Source: Candidatus Pelearchaeum maunauluense | GTDB lineage: Archaea; Thermoproteota; Nitrososphaeria_A; Caldarchaeales; Caldarchaeaceae | Direction of reading: 5' to 3' | Length of the DNA: 64,000 bases | Assembly (NCBI GenBank): GCA_030059675.1 | Contig: JANVYQ010000001.1 | Location: 307,032 to 371,031, forward strand | Shown here: positions 60,433 through 64,000 of the stretch, in pieces | How the letters are laid out: each line of letters opens with the position of its first letter | Position numbering within the stretch: position 1 is the first letter of the stretch | Position numbers and translations under genes: made by a program | Notes under the pieces: model-generated | The model's database searches: none | What the model was told of the DNA's origin: nothing | What the model saw: the letters and a program-made list of their open reading frames with translations, nothing else

Positions 60433-62172
60433 GTGAAGGGAAGGATAGACCTCGACGCCCCCAATGCGCGGGCCATTCCTATAATAACTCTCCGCCGCGT
60501 CTGGGCTCGGAAGGACGTTTACTGGAAGGGGAAGGAGTTTGAATGCTTAATTATTCCTCCCCGTCAGGTGCCGTGTAGGTGCTTCATGCAGGTAGGCGGG
60601 CAGCCGGTCGCGGTGGAGCGCTCTTCAAGCTTCCAGGACTACCCCATGTACCGCCCCGCCTCCGCGTACTGGGAGAAATATACCCGCGAGGCCCTCCTGT
60701 GGCTCCGCGCTCACATACTGTCTGGCGGCAATCCGGGCATAAGCTACCTTCTCCTATGCATAGACGCGCTGGCCCCCAGCTTCGAGAGGGAGGGCTACCC
60801 CGAGATGGTAGGCAAGATCAAGGAGATGCTCGTGGAGAGGGCACGCGCGCCGCACGCGCTCTACAGCTATACTGCGCCGAGCCGCGATGTTGTGGGCCTG
60901 CTCACCGACGCCTTCAGGGCAGCTGGCATCCAACAGCCCGAGCTCCCGCGGATGATGCAGATAGCCGGGTCCAGCGAGCTGGGGAAGCTAGACAGCCAGC
61001 TGAGGAGCGCCGGCAGGCTGGCTCAGGCGGCCATACTAACCGACTGGGTAAGCCACGCGTGCTACGTCCCGTACAGGCTCGCGGCCGAGATGTACGCCTC
61101 CACCCTCGGCGTGAGCAGCCGAACATTCGAGCGCATCGCCTCTATTGCGAGGGGCATGGGCGTAACGAGCAGGCGCATGTACGTCGCCAGCATATCGGCG
61201 GCTCACGCTATACAGCGGAGGCATGTCAGGGCGATGCCTCTCTCCAGACTCCACGCATACATGCCTGAGGTAGTAATGATGCTAGCCGAATCATGCTCGC
61301 TCTACATATCCAACATCTTCTCCTCCGGGAGGGACAGGCTCGGCGGCTTCGGGAGGGCCTTGGAGGAGAGGCTGGACCGCGAGTGCTACGGGCAGTGGAA
61401 AGGATGGGAGGACACGTTCTACACTTTCTTCATAACGCTTGTGAGAGACGAGGCCTATCTCCCGCTCTACTACCTCTCCACAAACGGGGCCGCATACCAT
61501 GCATACGCCGCCCTGCTGGTCGGCGGATACCGGGGGAAGTCCATGAAACCTGAGAGGGCCTGGGAGATAGTTGAAGAGTGGCTCTCACGGGAGGCTGTGC
61601 GCCGACCAGGCAGCAATACCAGGAAAACGATGTTCACCAGGGGCGTGGCAGCGCTCCTCGGGCTTGGGAGACTACGCTACACGCAGGACGGCGAGCTACT
61701 GGTAGTGGACGACGATATAGCCGAGCGCAGCGAGCAGATATTCCACCTCTATGCTAGCAGGTGCCAGAGCAGGAACGTGCCAGCCATCCTAGAGCTAGCC
61801 AGAAAAATATTCTTCAAGACGTGCTTGGCCCCCGCCGAGAGCTTCGCCGCCGCGCTGGTATACACGGGCCTACTACATCCCTGCCCCGCCGACGCCCCCA
61901 GGGCTGCGGTAAGAGCCATATGCAGGCATCTCGGAGAGATAGGCAGAGTGATAGCAACTAGGGTGGAAGCCCGCCTCAGAAATCGTAACCTACACCTACT
62001 AGAGCAGCACGTCCTACTCACCCGCAGCAACAGCGAGGCACATGAAATATGGAGACAAGCCATGAGAATAGCAACACACCACATAAGCAAAACAACACCA
62101 AAGGAACTACCCGAGACAGTAATCCAAAGAATACACGAAGACTATACACGCCATCAGCCCAGCGACGCCTAG
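60433..62172 (+). CDS. Orphan 579-aa protein in high-GC island
   Basis: This is the longest open frame in a region where several frames are open because of high GC. I recognise no motif family. GTG start. Confidence 0.45.
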   Translation: MKGRIDLDAPNARAIPIITLRRVWARKDVYWKGKEFECLIIPPRQVPCRCFMQVGGQPVAVERSSSFQDYPMYRPASAYWEKYTREALLWLRAHILSGGNPGISYLLLCIDALAPSFEREGYPEMVGKIKEMLVERARAPHALYSYTAPSRDVVGLLTDAFRAAGIQQPELPRMMQIAGSSELGKLDSQLRSAGRLAQAAILTDWVSHACYVPYRLAAEMYASTLGVSSRTFERIASIARGMGVTSRRMYVASISAAHAIQRRHVRAMPLSRLHAYMPEVVMMLAESCSLYISNIFSSGRDRLGGFGRALEERLDRECYGQWKGWEDTFYTFFITLVRDEAYLPLYYLSTNGAAYHAYAALLVGGYRGKSMKPERAWEIVEEWLSREAVRRPGSNTRKTMFTRGVAALLGLGRLRYTQDGELLVVDDDIAERSEQIFHLYASRCQSRNVPAILELARKIFFKTCLAPAESFAAALVYTGLLHPCPADAPRAAVRAICRHLGEIGRVIATRVEARLRNRNLHLLEQHVLLTRSNSEAHEIWRQAMRIATHHISKTTPKELPETVIQRIHEDYTRHQPSDA

Positions 62173-62178
62173 AACACC

Positions 62179-62209
62179 ACTACCCCGGCGGCGTCTGTCA
62201 TGCGAAGCG
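62179..62209 (+). repeat. 31-bp direct repeat, copy A (ACTACCCCGGCGGCGTCTGTCATGCGAAGCG)
   Basis: Matches copy B at 30/31 positions, offset 55 bp. Confidence 0.85.
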
Positions 62210-62233
62210 AGTGACACCTCCCGCCAGCCCTTA

Positions 62234-62264
62234 ACTACCCCGGCGGCGACTGTCATGCGAAGCG
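62234..62264 (+). repeat. 31-bp direct repeat, copy B (ACTACCCCGGCGGCGACTGTCATGCGAAGCG), contains the ATG of the ParB-like gene
   Basis: Read directly from the sequence. The ATG at 62255 lies inside this copy. The equivalent ATG in copy A (62200) opens only MRSE*. Confidence 0.85.
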
Positions 62265-63316
62265 CTGCACACTTGGTGCCAGCGGTTCTGCCCGGGCCTG
62301 TAAGGCTTATACGTCTGTGTCTGGATGGTCTTGGTCTGATGTCTGGGGACGAGGCGAAGATCGTCTGGCTCCCGCTTGACGCCCTGACGAAGGACCCCTT
62401 TAACATCCGCGACGACGAGGAGCCGTCGCCAGTGGTGGTGGAGCGCCTCAGTCGGCTGGGCTTCATGGCGAGCGATGTGGAGCCGCTCGTAAGGCGGCTC
62501 GGCGAGGGCAGGTACGGCGTGGTCGACGGCTGGAAGAGGTGTGTCGCCGCTAGGAGGGCTGGCCTAGACATGATAAGATGCAAGCTAGTAGAGATGAACG
62601 ATGTCAGGGCCTGGGTGGAGAGCTACCTACTTAACAGCGAGCACCGCCCCCTGACACTCCGCGACCGTATCCGTGCGTACAAGCTAGCCATGAAGCTATC
62701 GGACGGCGATATTGAGGCGTTCTACAGGCTGATAACCACAGAGTACGGCACGCCGGAGCGCGTTGTGTCGGACCTGGAGGGCGTGAGAGACGTCATCGGC
62801 GAGCTCGCCCAGAGGACTCCAGCGGGAAGCGGCAGGCTATCCACCTCCCCCCGCGCAGGCCCCCGGCCGAGCGTGGAGCACAGTCTGGACGGGGAAGAGC
62901 CGCAACCGCTGGAAGCTTCCAGGCCCGAGTCGCCCCCTGGGGAGGTAGAGCATGCCGAAGCCCCGCGCGCCGTCGAGACGCGCGAGCAGCTGGTCGCCGG
63001 CGTTCCCGCTGGGAATGCGGCGGTGGTTCAGCGGGCCGGGGAGGACGCACAGCAACAACCAGCCGAGAAGCCCCTGGACCCAGATGAGCGGCTAGATGCC
63101 CTGCTGCGCGAGCTGGAGCTGCGGGGGCTGCATATAGACTCGAGCACGAAGGAGCTCGCCGACGCATTCGTACTCACCATGCGCGAGGACCTCCACTACT
63201 ACCAGCTTAGTGGATCCGGCCTGAAGGTGCTATCGTGCCCCAGCGGCTTCCACCTGCTCCGCTGCCCGAGCTGTGGCATGCCTGTATTCTGCCGCGAGTG
63301 CGGGAGCCCTAGATGA
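62255..63316 (+). CDS. ParB/Srx-fold N-terminal domain protein with low-complexity acidic/Pro-rich linker and C-terminal zinc ribbon
   Basis: LDALTKDPFNIRDD...PLVRRLGEGRYGVVDGWKRCVAARRAGLDMIRCKLV fits the ParB N-domain (box II G-x-[RK]-R). The C-terminus is CPSGFHLLRCPSCGMPVFCRECG. Confidence 0.6.
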   Translation: MRSAAHLVPAVLPGPVRLIRLCLDGLGLMSGDEAKIVWLPLDALTKDPFNIRDDEEPSPVVVERLSRLGFMASDVEPLVRRLGEGRYGVVDGWKRCVAARRAGLDMIRCKLVEMNDVRAWVESYLLNSEHRPLTLRDRIRAYKLAMKLSDGDIEAFYRLITTEYGTPERVVSDLEGVRDVIGELAQRTPAGSGRLSTSPRAGPRPSVEHSLDGEEPQPLEASRPESPPGEVEHAEAPRAVETREQLVAGVPAGNAAVVQRAGEDAQQQPAEKPLDPDERLDALLRELELRGLHIDSSTKELADAFVLTMREDLHYYQLSGSGLKVLSCPSGFHLLRCPSCGMPVFCRECGSPR

Positions 63317-63384
63317 GCCGGTGGGTTAAACCCCGTCGCTAACCCTCCCAAATTTATATGATGACCCGAGCATACTCCCAGCGT

Positions 63385-63966
63385 ATGTCCAGGATATGGG
63401 GGCTCAGCCTGTGGAGTCTCTCGCGGGAGGAGATGAGCTTGTTCTGGCACGGCGTGTACTCGCTACTCAGGCTTACGCTTTCAATTCCTTTTTGGATTTC
63501 TGTTAGGCTAAACAACGGGCCCCACTCAGCCAAGGTGGAGATATCCGGCGAGGAGTTCAGCATACACCTCGTGAAGGTGAAGGCAGAAGGCCCGACGATT
63601 GAGAGGTACGCGCCAAAGAATGTAAAGATAGACACCAGGAGCCATGACGACACGAGGAACATCCTCTACTGGGTAGGTGCGAGGAGGAAGAGGGCCAGGC
63701 AGGGAGACGTGCAGGACCAGTTGGAGAACACGCGCTGCACCCTCGTACTCATACATCCCGTCAAAAACCAGTCCCTATACCTAGGCGTGCAGGAGCACTG
63801 GCTCAGCAGCGGCGTCTTCATCACGGGAACGCGCGGCGGAGTGAGCTACGTCATGGCGATACCAGCCGGGAACCGGAGCAAGATTGTACGGGAGACCATA
63901 GTAGAGGCCTTCCACTCATTTATCCTCCCGCAGCTACCTTTCAATTCCTTTTTGGATTTCTGTTGA
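63385..63966 (+). CDS. Hypothetical ORF spanning/between the two CRISPR-type repeats (start uncertain: ATG 63385 or GTG 63535)
   Basis: The frame is open from 63358 to 63966. A TATA-like TTTATAT at 63353-63359 lies ~30 nt before the ATG at 63385. The TGA stop is at 63964-63966. No family recognised. Confidence 0.3.
   Translation: MSRIWGLSLWSLSREEMSLFWHGVYSLLRLTLSIPFWISVRLNNGPHSAKVEISGEEFSIHLVKVKAEGPTIERYAPKNVKIDTRSHDDTRNILYWVGARRKRARQGDVQDQLENTRCTLVLIHPVKNQSLYLGVQEHWLSSGVFITGTRGGVSYVMAIPAGNRSKIVRETIVEAFHSFILPQLPFNSFLDFC
63478..63504 (-). CRISPR. CRISPR-type repeat copy 1 (minus-strand reading AACAGAAATCCAAAAAGGAATTGAAAG)
   Basis: Perfect 27-nt identity with 63938-63964. The 3' end GGAATTGAAAG matches the crenarchaeal repeat family that carries the ATTGAAAG handle. 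Confidence 0.55.
63938..63964 (-). CRISPR. CRISPR-type repeat copy 2
   Basis: Same 27-nt sequence, 460 bp from copy 1. Only 36 nt follow before the window ends. Confidence 0.55.
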
Positions 63967-64000
63967 CGGTGGCAGCGCCGCTGAATGCTCCCCCAGCACC

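Noticed and set aside
63358-63966. Treating the whole 202-aa ORF as one bona fide protein
   Set aside because: Its first ATG overlaps the TATA-like box, and the frame runs straight through a CRISPR-type repeat, so the N-terminal third may be fortuitously open. I report only an uncertain shorter ORF.

Overview
This 64-kb window is archaeal and looks crenarchaeal (Thermoprotei-like). The pointers are an intron-containing tRNA-Tyr, two PF01637-type archaeal ATPases, TATA-like boxes about 25-35 nt before start codons, Thr-rich surface-protein linkers, and a repeat ending in GGAATTGAAAG. Most of the window is ordinary chromosome:
- Central metabolism: isocitrate lyase, a CitE/malyl-CoA-lyase-like gene, isopropylmalate-type dehydrogenase, homoserine kinase, thiolase+DUF35, sufC, argS.
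- Transport: NitT/TauT-type and ABC-2 ABC systems, APC, MFS, ZIP, VIT1, a P1B-ATPase.
- Redox: two luciferase-like oxidoreductases and two molybdenum-hydroxylase loci.

Four things stand out:
1. At the right edge, two perfect 27-nt crenarchaeal CRISPR-type repeats lie 460 bp apart and enclose an ORF. No cas genes are visible in the window.
2. Next to them sits a roughly 2.9-kb high-GC island (60433-63316) with an orphan 579-aa gene, a ParB-like/zinc-ribbon gene and a 31-bp direct repeat. It is preceded by decayed mobile-element-like remnants that abut argS.
3. A roughly 2.7-kb low-GC island (14.2-16.9 kb) holds a decayed radical-SAM gene, a wHTH gene plus four small membrane proteins, and a cupredoxin fragment next to SCO1.
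4. Frameshifts and in-frame stops are unusually dense but clustered in a few accessory genes: a GH-like gene, KDG kinase and aldolase, the second Mo-hydroxylase large subunit, the radical SAM gene and others.

All functional calls come from reading motifs in the translations. No database search was run.
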